A DNA stretch of 64,000 nucleotides from Marinobacter sp. (GCF_046484525.1 NZ_JAWOIS010000030.1:69118-133117); one strand, 5' to 3'; numbered from the stretch's first letter, positions 20,306-29,899 are shown. Notes: generated by a model from the letters alone, not told the origin. Made by a program: numbers and translations.

Positions 20306-22314
20306 TGGTCGGTACCCGTCGTTTGGTCATCAGTCGATGTCATTTTATGAATCGTTGCCGGCAGCAGGATGCGGAAAGTGGTTCCATCCTGCCCCGTCCG
20401 GCAAGCGATGATGCCTTCCATGTCATCAACGAGCTGCTTCACAATGCTCAGGCCCAGACCGCTGTGGCCCTCTCCCTTTGTGGTTTTTACCGGCGCAAAC
20501 AATTTGTTCCTGACTGCTTCCGGGATGCCCGTGCCGGTATCGGATATTTCAAGTTCCACCCAGGTCCGCTGGTTTTGCCAGACCGGGGCCGAGGTTCTCA
20601 AAGTGACGGTGCCGCCGCTCTCCGGCAATGCCTCGGCGGCATTGCGCAGCAGGTTGATAATGACCTGTCGCAGAGCCGAGGCGGGACCGCTGACCAGGGC
20701 GGGGTTGTCGGTCAGATCCAGCCTGAGCCGACATTTGCCATCATCAAAGAGGCTGTCCTCGACAATGCGACTGAGGCTATCAAGCTCGTCATTGAGTGAG
20801 ATGCTGCCCCCATGTTCGGGGCCCGGCTCTTTCTGTCCCATCTGCTGCAGCAGATCGCCCGCCCGGTCCAGTTCTTCGCGGATGATGTCCAGCTCCTGGT
20901 GGACATCGGGGTCATCGAGCCGATTTCGTAACTGGTAGATGTACTGGCGGATGATGGTTAGCGGGTTATTGACTTCGTGAACCTGTTTGCGAAGCTGCTG
21001 GCGGTCGAGCTCCTGCTGGAGCTGTTCCGCAGCCCCGGTAATCTGCCCGGTGGACTGGCGGGTGGCGAGGATCTGACCCAGACGGTGACTGAAAAGGCTC
21101 GCCAGTTCCAGGATACTGTCCTGCCTGGTTTCATCAGAGCCCAGTGCAAAGACGCCGGTGCATCCAGTGCCGGCGTTGACCGGTATTGCTGCCAGAGAGG
21201 GCGTTCGCAGCAGGGAGAGTAGCTGGCGGTCGAGAATCGTGCGGCTGCGACCGGCAAGCTTGACCGCGCTGCCCGTATTGAAAGCCTCGGTCAGGACGCT
21301 GCCGCCTGGTTTCGCTGAAAGGGTGAGTTCCGGAATGTCGACTCCTGTCCCTGCGACCAGTGCCAGGAGGTCATTTTTGGCTGCAAAACAAAGGACGGGA
21401 GATCCGGTGATCAGCCCCAGGCTGTTCGCGGCCTGGGCAATAAGGCTGTTGGCTGGTTGCCCCGAATCGGCGAAGTCCAGGGCCTGGCTGACAATGGCCT
21501 GCTGCAGGATCACCTCTTGCAGTTCGCGGAGGGCCTGTTCGCCATCATAGCTGTCATCAAGGACTATCCCGAGGGATCGGGCGATCCCGGCAACTTCGTG
21601 GGCGATACGCCGGTTGATCTCCAGGGTCAGCTCTTCGCTGAGACCGAAGACGATGCCGGCAGCGGCAATGCCCTCAACATTGGACAGGGCGAGCCGGGTG
21701 GCCAGACTGATCAGTTTGACCAGATGTCCGGCATCCCTCGACTCCTCCGGCGCGGCCTGCTGATAACGCATGGCGTCCGCGGCCATCGATCCCAGGCCCC
21801 ATGCGCTGACCAGATCGGCAACCACATCGCATTGGTTATTCAGGTAATGCTGGCGGGCATCCGGGGTGCTGGTTTTGATAGCAACCAGTTCGCCGACGTT
21901 ATGGAGCATACCGAGCATGTACGCTTCTTCGGGATAAGGGTAGGCGGTGAGTGTCGCCAGTGCTCGGGCCGTCAGCGCGGTGGTCAGGGAATGCCGCCAG
22001 AAGTCCCGGACCTGCCGCCAGTCGTCGGTGTCCAGTCCGAACTGTAACTGGTTGAGGGCGGCCGTCAGCACTAGAGTGCGCAGTCGTTGAGGGCCGAGTC
22101 TGACCAGGGCCTGTTCGATGGACTGGATCCGGCCTTCATGGGTGTCCATTGTTGAATTGGCGAGGGAGAGAACGCGGACGACAAGTGCGGTATCGGCAGA
22201 GATGATGTCACTGATCGTCTGGAAACCGGCGTCCTGGTGACAAGCCTCAAGCACCCGCAACGTCACCTCCGGGAGACTCGGTAGCTGTAGCTCTGGCGCT
22301 AGTTCCATAGGCAT
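20302..22314 (-). CDS. Sensor histidine kinase with N-terminal HDOD domain
   Basis: 670 aa. The HDOD-like N-terminus reads LPSLPEVTLRVLEACHQD..ADTALVVRVLSLANS. It has the H-box VHEVNNPLTII and ATPase boxes NLLRNAAEAL, DTGTGIP and GLGLSIV. Confidence 0.88.
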   Translation of the reverse strand: MPMELAPELQLPSLPEVTLRVLEACHQDAGFQTISDIISADTALVVRVLSLANSTMDTHEGRIQSIEQALVRLGPQRLRTLVLTAALNQLQFGLDTDDWRQVRDFWRHSLTTALTARALATLTAYPYPEEAYMLGMLHNVGELVAIKTSTPDARQHYLNNQCDVVADLVSAWGLGSMAADAMRYQQAAPEESRDAGHLVKLISLATRLALSNVEGIAAAGIVFGLSEELTLEINRRIAHEVAGIARSLGIVLDDSYDGEQALRELQEVILQQAIVSQALDFADSGQPANSLIAQAANSLGLITGSPVLCFAAKNDLLALVAGTGVDIPELTLSAKPGGSVLTEAFNTGSAVKLAGRSRTILDRQLLSLLRTPSLAAIPVNAGTGCTGVFALGSDETRQDSILELASLFSHRLGQILATRQSTGQITGAAEQLQQELDRQQLRKQVHEVNNPLTIIRQYIYQLRNRLDDPDVHQELDIIREELDRAGDLLQQMGQKEPGPEHGGSISLNDELDSLSRIVEDSLFDDGKCRLRLDLTDNPALVSGPASALRQVIINLLRNAAEALPESGGTVTLRTSAPVWQNQRTWVELEISDTGTGIPEAVRNKLFAPVKTTKGEGHSGLGLSIVKQLVDDMEGIIACRTGQDGTTFRILLPATIHKMTSTDDQTTGTDQ

Positions 22315-22515
22315 GCCTTGCCGAACCCTGATCAGACGTCGTTTCCTGACGCCGGTTTCATTCTTGTTATCCGAAAATCCTAAACAATCGCTTTCGGTTA
22401 TTAAATGCTCTTTGTTGTTTTAATGAGCAATATATTATCTCATCTGTGATATGTGTAGACTTTTTACAGGTTAGTTTGTTATTCGCTGTTTTCCCAGGGA
22501 CGAGAACACATTCAG

Positions 22516-23829
22516 ATGGCCCTTGATCCGGATACCGACAAGCATGATTCGAACCAGCCTCACACGGTTGCCATTGCGGGGGGCGCGGGTGGAGTAGGAA
22601 AAACCTCCGTGGCGCTGAATCTGGGCCTTACCCTGGCAAGGCGGGGTAAACGGGTGTTGTTGCTGGATGGTGACACAGGGCCCTCCAGCCTGAGCGCGCA
22701 ACTGGGACTGGAATCAGGCAAGGATTTTACCGACGCGCTGGACGGACGATGCCGTCTGGAAGAGGCGCTGGCGAAAGCGGATTATGACCTGGCCATCCTG
22801 CCCGGGGCCGCCGGGCTGCGCCAGTGCCTGGACATGGATCAGCTGGATGCCGTGACGGTGCTGGAAGAGCTGGCCGATCTGGAACGGGCTTATGACTATG
22901 TGCTCGTGGATGCCGGCAGTGCCCTGGATCTTACGGGGCTGCACATGGTGGCCAGCGCAGCGCTGGCCTGCATGGTGGTGATGCCGGATCCCGAGTCCCT
23001 GAAGCATGTGTTTTCACTGGTCCGGAATCTGAGAAAGTGCGGTTATCGGCGGGTCCCCAGCGTGGTCGTTAATATGGCATCCGGAGCCAGTCAGGCGCAG
23101 TCGATTTTCCAGCGGCTGGACAGCGCTGTCGGGCGTTATCTGGAGGTTTCACTGCATTATCTCGGCGCGGTCTGGCGTGACGAAACCCTGCGCCAGTCGG
23201 TAGTGACCGGAGTCCCGGTGGCAATGTTGCCGGTATCCGATCCTTCCTGCCGCCAGTTCCATACCCTTGCTGACATACTGGACGTTCGTCTTTCCCGTCT
23301 GCCGCCCGAAAAATCGGGAGTGGCGGGTTACTGGCAGTCGGTTATTCGACGCCGGTACAAAACGGAATTGCACCATCGGGAAGAAACCGTCGAGCGCCCT
23401 CGGAGCGAAAAAGAACGTCTCTCGGTCTCCCTGGATGAGCTGGATTCGCTACTCGGCCAGCGCCTGGACCCCATGCTTCGTTATGAGGCATTCAACCGTT
23501 TTTTTGCACTGCTGGGGCACAATCTCGGTGCCGATAGCATCGAGTTTATCCAGACCGGTCTGGCAGCAATGCCCTGGGAGAAAATGCGTCCCGGGGACCG
23601 ACAACACATGGCCACTCATTTAAGGCATCTGGCAGACCAGATCGCACCTCCGGAGGATGAAACCCCCGAGTTAGCCGCTGCGCCTGCGGCAGCACCCGAG
23701 CCCTTGTTTGACCGTATCAGCCTTGGTGAGCAGGAGCGCCTGGTGCGGGCTCTGAGGGAACAGCCGGCTGATGTTTCCATTGATCAGTTGCTTCGCGCCC
23801 TCGCCAGTCACGGTGCTGACCGCTCCTGA
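22516..23829 (+). CDS. MinD/ParA-family P-loop ATPase-like protein with atypical Walker A and long C-terminal extension
   Basis: 437 aa. The Walker A reads AIAGGAGGVGKTS, with Ala where the deviant-Walker-A signature Lys (KGGxGK[ST]) sits. LLLDGD and the Walker B YVLVDAGS are present. About 190 C-terminal residues have no motif I recognise. It is divergent from the HK/REC-GGDEF-EAL operon across an AT-rich 201-nt spacer. Confidence 0.8.
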   Translation: MALDPDTDKHDSNQPHTVAIAGGAGGVGKTSVALNLGLTLARRGKRVLLLDGDTGPSSLSAQLGLESGKDFTDALDGRCRLEEALAKADYDLAILPGAAGLRQCLDMDQLDAVTVLEELADLERAYDYVLVDAGSALDLTGLHMVASAALACMVVMPDPESLKHVFSLVRNLRKCGYRRVPSVVVNMASGASQAQSIFQRLDSAVGRYLEVSLHYLGAVWRDETLRQSVVTGVPVAMLPVSDPSCRQFHTLADILDVRLSRLPPEKSGVAGYWQSVIRRRYKTELHHREETVERPRSEKERLSVSLDELDSLLGQRLDPMLRYEAFNRFFALLGHNLGADSIEFIQTGLAAMPWEKMRPGDRQHMATHLRHLADQIAPPEDETPELAAAPAAAPEPLFDRISLGEQERLVRALREQPADVSIDQLLRALASHGADRS

Positions 23830-24010
23830 GATCTGTCTCAGGTGTGCCCGTTTTATTGTCATTTTATTTGTACTTTATGTGTCGTAACTTTGCGGTTTGT
23901 CACCATGTTGTAACAGGGATTGTGCAAATATTGATCGTAGAGAAAGGCATGGTGGCCCGTAATATGCAACCGATCCGGCTAACCAGCTCAGTCAGAGAAG
24001 GAGTTCGTCC

Positions 24011-25552
24011 ATGGCAACACAGCAAATCACCCCCGAAGTATCTTCATCGAAGGTACTCGATGCACTTCGAGGCAAGCAGGTTCTGGTTACCGGAACCACC
24101 GGATTCCTGGGCAAGGTTGTCCTGGAGAAACTGATCCGGACAGTGCCGGACATTGGTGGCATACACCTGCTCATTCGGGGGAACAAACGTCACCCGGATG
24201 CCCGTAGCCGGTTCCTCAACGAAATCGCTACGTCGTCCGTGTTCGAGCGCCTGCGTGTCGAGGATCCCGAGGTTTTTGAAGCCTTTATTGAGGACAAGGT
24301 CCATTGTGTTACCGGAGAAGTGACCGAATCCTGCTTCGGCTTGCCCCTGAAGGATTTCGACGCTCTGGCCAACGGCCTGGATGCCGTAATCAATTCTGCC
24401 GCGAGTGTAAATTTCCGGGAGGAGCTCGACAAGGCACTGACCATCAATACTCTCTGTCTGGACAACATTGCCGAGCTGGCGCTCAGGAGCCGCGAACTGG
24501 CGGTGATTCAGGTTTCCACCTGTTACGTGAACGGGATGAATGCGGGGCAGGTGACCGAGTCCGTCATCAAGCCTGCCGGCGAAGCGATTCCCCGCAGTGA
24601 AAACGGTTATTTTGAGATCGACGAGCTGGTCAACCTGCTCGAAGACAAGATTGCAGACGTGCGCTCACGCTATTCCGGCAAATTGCTGGAAAAGAAACTG
24701 GTGGAACTGGGTATCCGGGAAGCCAACCGTTACGGCTGGAGTGACACCTACACCTTCACCAAATGGCTGGGTGAACAGCGCCTGATGAAAGCGCTGGCGG
24801 GTCACCCCCTGACCATCGTTCGCCCTTCTATCATCGAGAGCGCGCTGGAAGAGCCGGCGCCAGGCTGGATTGAAGGTGTGAAGGTGGCGGATGCCATCAT
24901 CCTGGCTTATGCCCGCGAAAAGGTGACCCTGTTTCCGGGCAAGCGCTCCGGTGTCATCGACGTCATTCCGGTGGATCTTGTGGCCAATGCCATCATCCTG
25001 GGTGTGGCCGAGGCGCTGTCCGAGCAGGCAGGGCGCCGCATTTACCAGTGCTGCAGTGGCAGTTCCAACCCGATCTCCCTGGGCGAGTTCATCGACCACC
25101 TGATGGCGGAGTCGAAGAGTAACCATGCCGAGTATGACCAGCTGTTCTATCGCCAGCCCACCAAGCCTTTTGTGGCGGTGAACCGCAAGCTGTTTGACAC
25201 TGTGGTTGGCGGTGTCCGCATACCGTTGAGGCTCACAGATCGGGTGCTCAAGCTACTGGGCCACACCCGGGAACTGAAAATGCTCCGGAACCTGGATACC
25301 ACCCGGTCGCTGGCGACAATCTTCGGTTTCTATACTGCGCCGGACTATATCTTCAGGAATGACGAGTTACTGGCCCTGTCAGCACGGATGGGTGGCCTGG
25401 ATCAGGCCCTGTTCCCCGTGGATGCCCGCCAGATTGACTGGTCGGTGTATCTGCGCAAGATTCACCTTGCCGGCCTCAACCGTTATGCGCTCAAGGAACG
25501 AAAGTTGTACAGTCTGCGCGCGGCCCGTGACCGTAAAAAGAAAGCGGCCTGA
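24011..25552 (+). CDS. Fatty acyl-CoA reductase (alcohol-forming), Marinobacter FAR type
   Basis: 513 aa with the Rossmann motif GTTGFLGKVVLEKLIRTVPDIGGIHLLIRG and the active-site region YTFTKWLGE. Long stretches match my memory of the characterised 513-aa Marinobacter FAR. The RBS GAAGGAG lies at 23997-24003. Confidence 0.9.
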   Translation: MATQQITPEVSSSKVLDALRGKQVLVTGTTGFLGKVVLEKLIRTVPDIGGIHLLIRGNKRHPDARSRFLNEIATSSVFERLRVEDPEVFEAFIEDKVHCVTGEVTESCFGLPLKDFDALANGLDAVINSAASVNFREELDKALTINTLCLDNIAELALRSRELAVIQVSTCYVNGMNAGQVTESVIKPAGEAIPRSENGYFEIDELVNLLEDKIADVRSRYSGKLLEKKLVELGIREANRYGWSDTYTFTKWLGEQRLMKALAGHPLTIVRPSIIESALEEPAPGWIEGVKVADAIILAYAREKVTLFPGKRSGVIDVIPVDLVANAIILGVAEALSEQAGRRIYQCCSGSSNPISLGEFIDHLMAESKSNHAEYDQLFYRQPTKPFVAVNRKLFDTVVGGVRIPLRLTDRVLKLLGHTRELKMLRNLDTTRSLATIFGFYTAPDYIFRNDELLALSARMGGLDQALFPVDARQIDWSVYLRKIHLAGLNRYALKERKLYSLRAARDRKKKAA

Positions 25553-25567
25553 CCTTGCCCGGGTATA

Positions 25568-25603
25568 CGGATCCGGTCGCAATGACCGGGTCCGGCCATT
25601 TTT
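25568..25603 (+). terminator. Rho-independent terminator after the FAR gene
   Basis: An 11-bp stem (25568-25578 with 25584-25594, including one G-U) encloses a 5-nt loop. A T5 run follows at 25599-25603. Confidence 0.6.
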
Positions 25604-25735
25604 ACTGGCGATTTTCCTGTCTCGGACTATCCTCAAGATAGCTTCTCAGTTTGTGTTTTTTCCAGCCGTTTCTTGCAGTTTGCCGTCAGTTTGGGGCTAA
25701 AAGTGCAGGCACATTAGGACGTTAGTCTAATTCAT

Positions 25736-25757
25736 TGTGTGGTGGCACACATGTTGA
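25736..25757 (+). promoter_or_regulatory. Candidate regulatory site upstream of acs (palindrome TGTGT-N6-ACACA overlapping a sigma-54-like TGGCAC-N5-TTGA)
   Basis: TGTGT lies at 25736-25740 and ACACA at 25747-25751. TGGCAC at 25743-25748 is followed after 5 nt by TTGA, whereas the consensus is TTGC. The site is about 100 nt upstream of the acs ATG. This is a motif resemblance only. Confidence 0.25.
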
Positions 25758-25851
25758 ACTACGACTATCCGTCTTCTGGGCCGGAGAGGCCCGATCGCTC
25801 TGTTTTTAAAAACCGACAATGACAACAGACTCTAACTGAAAGGGGAGCACA

Positions 25852-27801
25852 ATGACTGATAAACAGCTATATCCGGTAAGCCCCGAAGTGGCCGAAAGGG
25901 CCTTGGTCACCCGGGAACAGTATGACGAGATGTATCGTCAGTCAGTCGACGACCCGGATGTCTTCTGGGGTGAACACGGTAAGCGGATTGACTGGATCAA
26001 GCCTTTCACCAAGGTCAAGAATACCTCTTACGACTACAACAACCTGTCCATCAAGTGGTTCGAGGATGGTGTCCTGAACGCTTCCGCCAACTGCCTGGAT
26101 CGTCACCTGGCGGATCGCGGCGACCAGACTGCGATCATTTTCGAGGGTGATGATCCCTCCGAATCCCGCAATGTCACCTACCGTGAACTGTACGAAGAGA
26201 CCTGCAAGTTCGCGAACGTGCTGAAAGATCAGGGTGTCAAGAAAGGCGATGTGGTTACCATCTACATGCCGATGATCGTGGAAACCGCGGTTGCCATGCT
26301 GGCCTGTGCCCGTATCGGCGCGATCCATTCCGTGGTCTTTGGCGGTTTCTCCCCGGAAGCACTGGCGGCGCGGGTCGTCAACGGCAAATCCCGCTTCGTC
26401 GTTACTGCTGACGAAGGCCTGCGTGGTGGCCGCGCGATCCCCCTGAAGAAGAACGTGGATTCCGCACTCAAGCATGAAGAAAACGCCAACGTCGACAAGG
26501 TGGTTGTTGTCACTCGCACCGGCAACAAGGAAGTACCCTGGACCGAAGGCCGTGACCTGCGTTACGAAGACCTGATGAAGTCCGCCTCTGCCGAGTGCGA
26601 GCCCGAGCCGATGAACGCGGAAGACCCACTGTTCATGCTCTACACCTCCGGCTCTACCGGCGCTCCGAAGGGCGTGCTTCACACCACCGGTGGTTACATG
26701 GTTTACACCTCCATGACCCACGAGTATGTCTTCGACTACCACGACGGTGACGTCTACTGGTGTACAGCCGACTTCGGGTGGGTGACCGGCCACAGCTACA
26801 TCCTGTATGGTCCGCTGGCCAACGGTGCCATCACCCTGCTGTTCGAGGGCGTGCCCAACTACCCGGACAGTTCCCGTATGGGTCAGGTGGTCGACAAGCA
26901 CAAGGTCAACATCCTGTATACTGCGCCGACCGCCATCCGTGCCCTGATGGCACAAGGCGAGTCCTGCATGGACGGCACGACCCGTGAAAGCCTGAAACTG
27001 CTGGGCTCCGTGGGCGAGCCAATCAACCCGGAAGCCTGGGAGTGGTACCACCGTGTTATTGGTAACAGCAAGTGCCCGATCGTGGACACCTGGTGGCAGA
27101 CCGAGACCGGGGGCATCCTGATTTCTCCGCTGCCCGGTGCCGTGGACCTGAAGCCGGGTTCCGCAACGCTGCCGTTCTTCGGTGTCCAGCCGGCGCTGGT
27201 GGATAATGAAGGTAACATCCTGGAAGGCAAGGCCGAGGGTAACCTGGTTATCCTGGACAGCTGGCCTGGCCAGATGCGCACCATCTACGGTGACCATGAG
27301 CGTTTCGTGCAGACCTACTTCAGCACCTACAAGGGCATGTACTTCACCGGTGACGGTGCCCGTCGTGATGAGGACGGTTACTACTGGATCACTGGCCGTG
27401 TGGACGACGTGCTGAACGTCTCCGGTCACCGCCTGGGCACCGCCGAAGTCGAGAGCGCACTGGTTGCCCACGACAAGGTGGCGGAAGCGGCCGTGGTAGG
27501 CTACCCGCACGACATCAAGGGTCAGGGCATCTACGTCTACGTAACCCTGGTGCAGGGCGAGGAGCCCACCGAAGAACTGAAGAAGGAACTGGTCCAGTGG
27601 GTACGCAAGGAGATCGGTCCGATCGCTTCTCCGGATGTGATCCAGTGGGCGCCTGGACTGCCGAAGACTCGTTCTGGCAAGATTATGCGTCGGATTTTGC
27701 GTAAGATTGCCGCTAATGAGCATGATCAGCTGGGCGATACCTCTACTCTGGCAGACCCGGGTGTAGTGGACGAGCTGATCAACAGCCGGGCGTTCAAGTA
27801 A
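25852..27801 (+). CDS. acs: Acetyl-CoA synthetase
   Basis: 649 aa with the AMP-binding motif [11 protein letters not shown], plus [10 protein letters not shown] and [13 protein letters not shown]. Confidence 0.95.
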   Translation: MTDKQLYPVSPEVAERALVTREQYDEMYRQSVDDPDVFWGEHGKRIDWIKPFTKVKNTSYDYNNLSIKWFEDGVLNASANCLDRHLADRGDQTAIIFEGDDPSESRNVTYRELYEETCKFANVLKDQGVKKGDVVTIYMPMIVETAVAMLACARIGAIHSVVFGGFSPEALAARVVNGKSRFVVTADEGLRGGRAIPLKKNVDSALKHEENANVDKVVVVTRTGNKEVPWTEGRDLRYEDLMKSASAECEPEPMNAEDPLFMLYTSGSTGAPKGVLHTTGGYMVYTSMTHEYVFDYHDGDVYWCTADFGWVTGHSYILYGPLANGAITLLFEGVPNYPDSSRMGQVVDKHKVNILYTAPTAIRALMAQGESCMDGTTRESLKLLGSVGEPINPEAWEWYHRVIGNSKCPIVDTWWQTETGGILISPLPGAVDLKPGSATLPFFGVQPALVDNEGNILEGKAEGNLVILDSWPGQMRTIYGDHERFVQTYFSTYKGMYFTGDGARRDEDGYYWITGRVDDVLNVSGHRLGTAEVESALVAHDKVAEAAVVGYPHDIKGQGIYVYVTLVQGEEPTEELKKELVQWVRKEIGPIASPDVIQWAPGLPKTRSGKIMRRILRKIAANEHDQLGDTSTLADPGVVDELINSRAFK

Positions 27802-27840
27802 CTTCGGCTGTCAGCCAATAACCTGTAAGGAATCTGTTGA

Positions 27841-28506
27841 ATGACACAAACAATTATCGTCGCTGATGATCACCCGCTGTTCCGAGCAGCATTGAAGCAG
27901 GCGGTCAGTCAGGCGGTGCCGGATGCCAAGACGGTTGAAGTCGACAGCATCAAGTCACTGCAGGCGGCGGTAGAGTCGCACCCGGATGCGGATCTGGTTC
28001 TGCTGGACCTGAACATGCCGGGCGCCCACGGCTTCTCCGGACTCGTGTTCATGCGCGGGCAGTATCCGGGGTTGCCGGTGGTAGTTGTGTCAGGATCGGA
28101 AGAACTCCAGGTGATGCGTCGTTCGATCGACTACGGGGCGTCTGGCTTCATTCCGAAGTCGGCGCCGCTGCCGACCATTACCGAGGCGATTCAGGCAGTC
28201 CTGGAAGGGGATGTCTGGCTGCCGGAGGGTGTGGCCGAGAAAATCGAACGGATGCAGTCCGAGGCGACGGATTTCTCCGAGCGCCTGGCGTCCCTGACGC
28301 CACAGCAGTTCCGGGTACTGGGTATGCTGGCCGAGGGGCTTCTGAACAAACAGATCGCCTATGATCTGGATGTTTCGGAGGCGACCATCAAGGCCCATAT
28401 CACGGCCGTATTCCGGAAGCTGGGGGTCCGTAACCGGACCCAGGCAGTGATCGCGATCCAGCAGATGGAGATCGATCCTTCGGATCAGTCGCTTTCCGGT
28501 GGTTGA
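27841..28506 (+). CDS. NarL/FixJ (LuxR-type) response regulator, ErdR/CrbR-like by position next to acs
   Basis: 221 aa. The REC domain shows IIVADDHPLF..LVLLDLNMPG. The C-terminal LuxR HTH reads LTPQQFRVLGMLAEGLLNKQIAYDLDVSEATIKAHITAVFRKLGV. No cognate kinase is adjacent. Confidence 0.85.
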   Translation: MTQTIIVADDHPLFRAALKQAVSQAVPDAKTVEVDSIKSLQAAVESHPDADLVLLDLNMPGAHGFSGLVFMRGQYPGLPVVVVSGSEELQVMRRSIDYGASGFIPKSAPLPTITEAIQAVLEGDVWLPEGVAEKIERMQSEATDFSERLASLTPQQFRVLGMLAEGLLNKQIAYDLDVSEATIKAHITAVFRKLGVRNRTQAVIAIQQMEIDPSDQSLSGG

Positions 28507-28514
28507 TTGAAGTT

Positions 28515-28544
28515 GGAGTCAGATGAAAACTTTCATCTGACTCC
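28515..28544. repeat. REP-like 30-nt palindromic element, copy 1 (variant)
   Basis: Sequence ggagtcagatgaaaactttcatctgactcc. Relative to the family consensus, a G-to-A change in the 5' arm is matched by a C-to-T change in the 3' arm, so pairing is retained. Confidence 0.85.
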
Positions 28545-28556
28545 GGGTTTGACCTG

Positions 28557-28586
28557 AAAAACGGGAGCCCTCGGGCTCCCGTTTTT
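28557..28586. terminator. Bidirectional rho-independent terminator
   Basis: The stem aaaaa-cgggagcc-ctcg-ggctcccg-ttttt is flanked by an A-run and a T-run. It sits between the convergent response regulator (+) and dehydrogenase (-) genes. Confidence 0.85.
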
Positions 28587-28619
28587 GTTGTTATGGCCCC
28601 TTAGTTCGGGTTCCGGTCG

Positions 28620-29603
28620 TTACTTGCTGCCGGCGTAACCGAGTCTCTTGTCGACCAGGTTGAACCGGTCACGGCCTTTGTGCCACAAATCGAAGTTCTC
28701 CAGGAACTGGTCGGTCAGGGCGCGCTTCCAGCCGATGAAGTCGCCGGCCATGTGGGCGGTCATTATGACGTTTTCCATATCCCAGAGTGGGTGTCCCTCG
28801 GGCAGAGGTTCTTCCTCGAAGACATCCAGGGCGGCGCCGGCGATTTCCCCTTCTTCCAGGGCGACGATCAGATCATTGGTTTTCACGATGGGGCCGCGGC
28901 CGATGTTGATGAGCCGGCCGCTGTTACGCATGGCCTTGAACGCCTTGTGGTCGAACAGGCCCTCTGTCTGGGGCGTGAGGGGAGCGGCAATCACCACAAA
29001 ATCATAGTGCGGCAGCTGATTGAACAGGTCATCGTTGCCGTGCACCGCCACGAAATCCGGATCGTCGTGGCGCGGGGTGCGGGCAATGCCATGGGGCTGG
29101 AGCCCCGCAGCCCGGACCAGCCGGCCGATCTGGCGGCCGATGGAGCCGGCACCAACCACCAGCACCTGCTTGCCCTCGGCCCGCTCCGTGTCCCGGTGTT
29201 TCCACTCATGCCGGTACTGGAGGCGGATCGAATTGGGAAAATCCTTGGCGAACATGAGAATCGTACAGAGCACGTACTCGGCGATGGTCCGGTCGAAGAT
29301 GCCCCGGGCGTTGGTGACGACCACATCGCTTTCGATCAGGCCCGGGAACATGAGGGCATCGACGCCGGCACTGGTGGCGTGGATCCACTGGAGTTTGTTG
29401 GCACAGGGCCAGGCGGCTTCCAGGGCTTCGGTCCTGAAATCGGTCACCATCATCACATCCGTGCCCGGCAGGGTGTCTCTCAACGTTTGTTCATCACAGG
29501 CAAACCGGACCTCGGCCCGGGCTTTTAACGCATCCATTCCCGGTGGCTGCTGTTCGCCAGGGGCTGTCAAAACGGTTACAACCGGTTTGCTTTGCTGAGT
29601 CAT
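28620..29603 (-). CDS. D-isomer-specific 2-hydroxyacid dehydrogenase family protein
   Basis: 327 aa with the NAD-binding motif VVGAGSIGRQIGR and the catalytic region INIGRG..ALDVFEEEPL..MTAHMAG. Confidence 0.85.
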   Translation of the reverse strand: MTQQSKPVVTVLTAPGEQQPPGMDALKARAEVRFACDEQTLRDTLPGTDVMMVTDFRTEALEAAWPCANKLQWIHATSAGVDALMFPGLIESDVVVTNARGIFDRTIAEYVLCTILMFAKDFPNSIRLQYRHEWKHRDTERAEGKQVLVVGAGSIGRQIGRLVRAAGLQPHGIARTPRHDDPDFVAVHGNDDLFNQLPHYDFVVIAAPLTPQTEGLFDHKAFKAMRNSGRLINIGRGPIVKTNDLIVALEEGEIAGAALDVFEEEPLPEGHPLWDMENVIMTAHMAGDFIGWKRALTDQFLENFDLWHKGRDRFNLVDKRLGYAGSK

Positions 29604-29700
29604 TGGGCCTCCGCCTCGTTATCGGTGAACAATGAAATTCCTGCGGTGGGTTGGGTATACCGCTTCCTACAGTCTGGTTTGACGATGGAGTGCGGTCAAC

Positions 29701-29734
29701 CCGGGGTCAGATGAAAGCTTTCATCTGACCCCGG
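29701..29734. repeat. REP-like palindromic element, copy 2
   Basis: Sequence ccggggtcagatgaaagctttcatctgaccccgg. It is fully palindromic, including the loop. Confidence 0.85.
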
Positions 29735-29880
29735 GTTCGCCTTGTCGCATTGGCGAAATCGTGCGGCTTCAGGGCCCGGAATCATGCGCCCCGGGGCCGT
29801 ATTTTTACTTATCCCATCTTTGTTGTTTTTTGTCTTGTACCGCCTGTTCTTACTGGCTAACCTGCAGAGGTACGTCTTTT

Positions 29881-29899
29881 CCCGTCCCGTCCCGTCCCG
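29881..29899 (+). repeat. Pentanucleotide tandem repeat (CCCGT)x3 plus CCCG abutting the Shine-Dalgarno of the aminotransferase gene
   Basis: The sequence cccgtcccgtcccgtcccg is directly followed by aGGAGGtatttATG. Confidence 0.8.

Noticed and set aside
25942-27723. A 593-aa ORF antisense to acs.
   Set aside because: It is a shadow frame of a highly conserved gene and has no start-site support.
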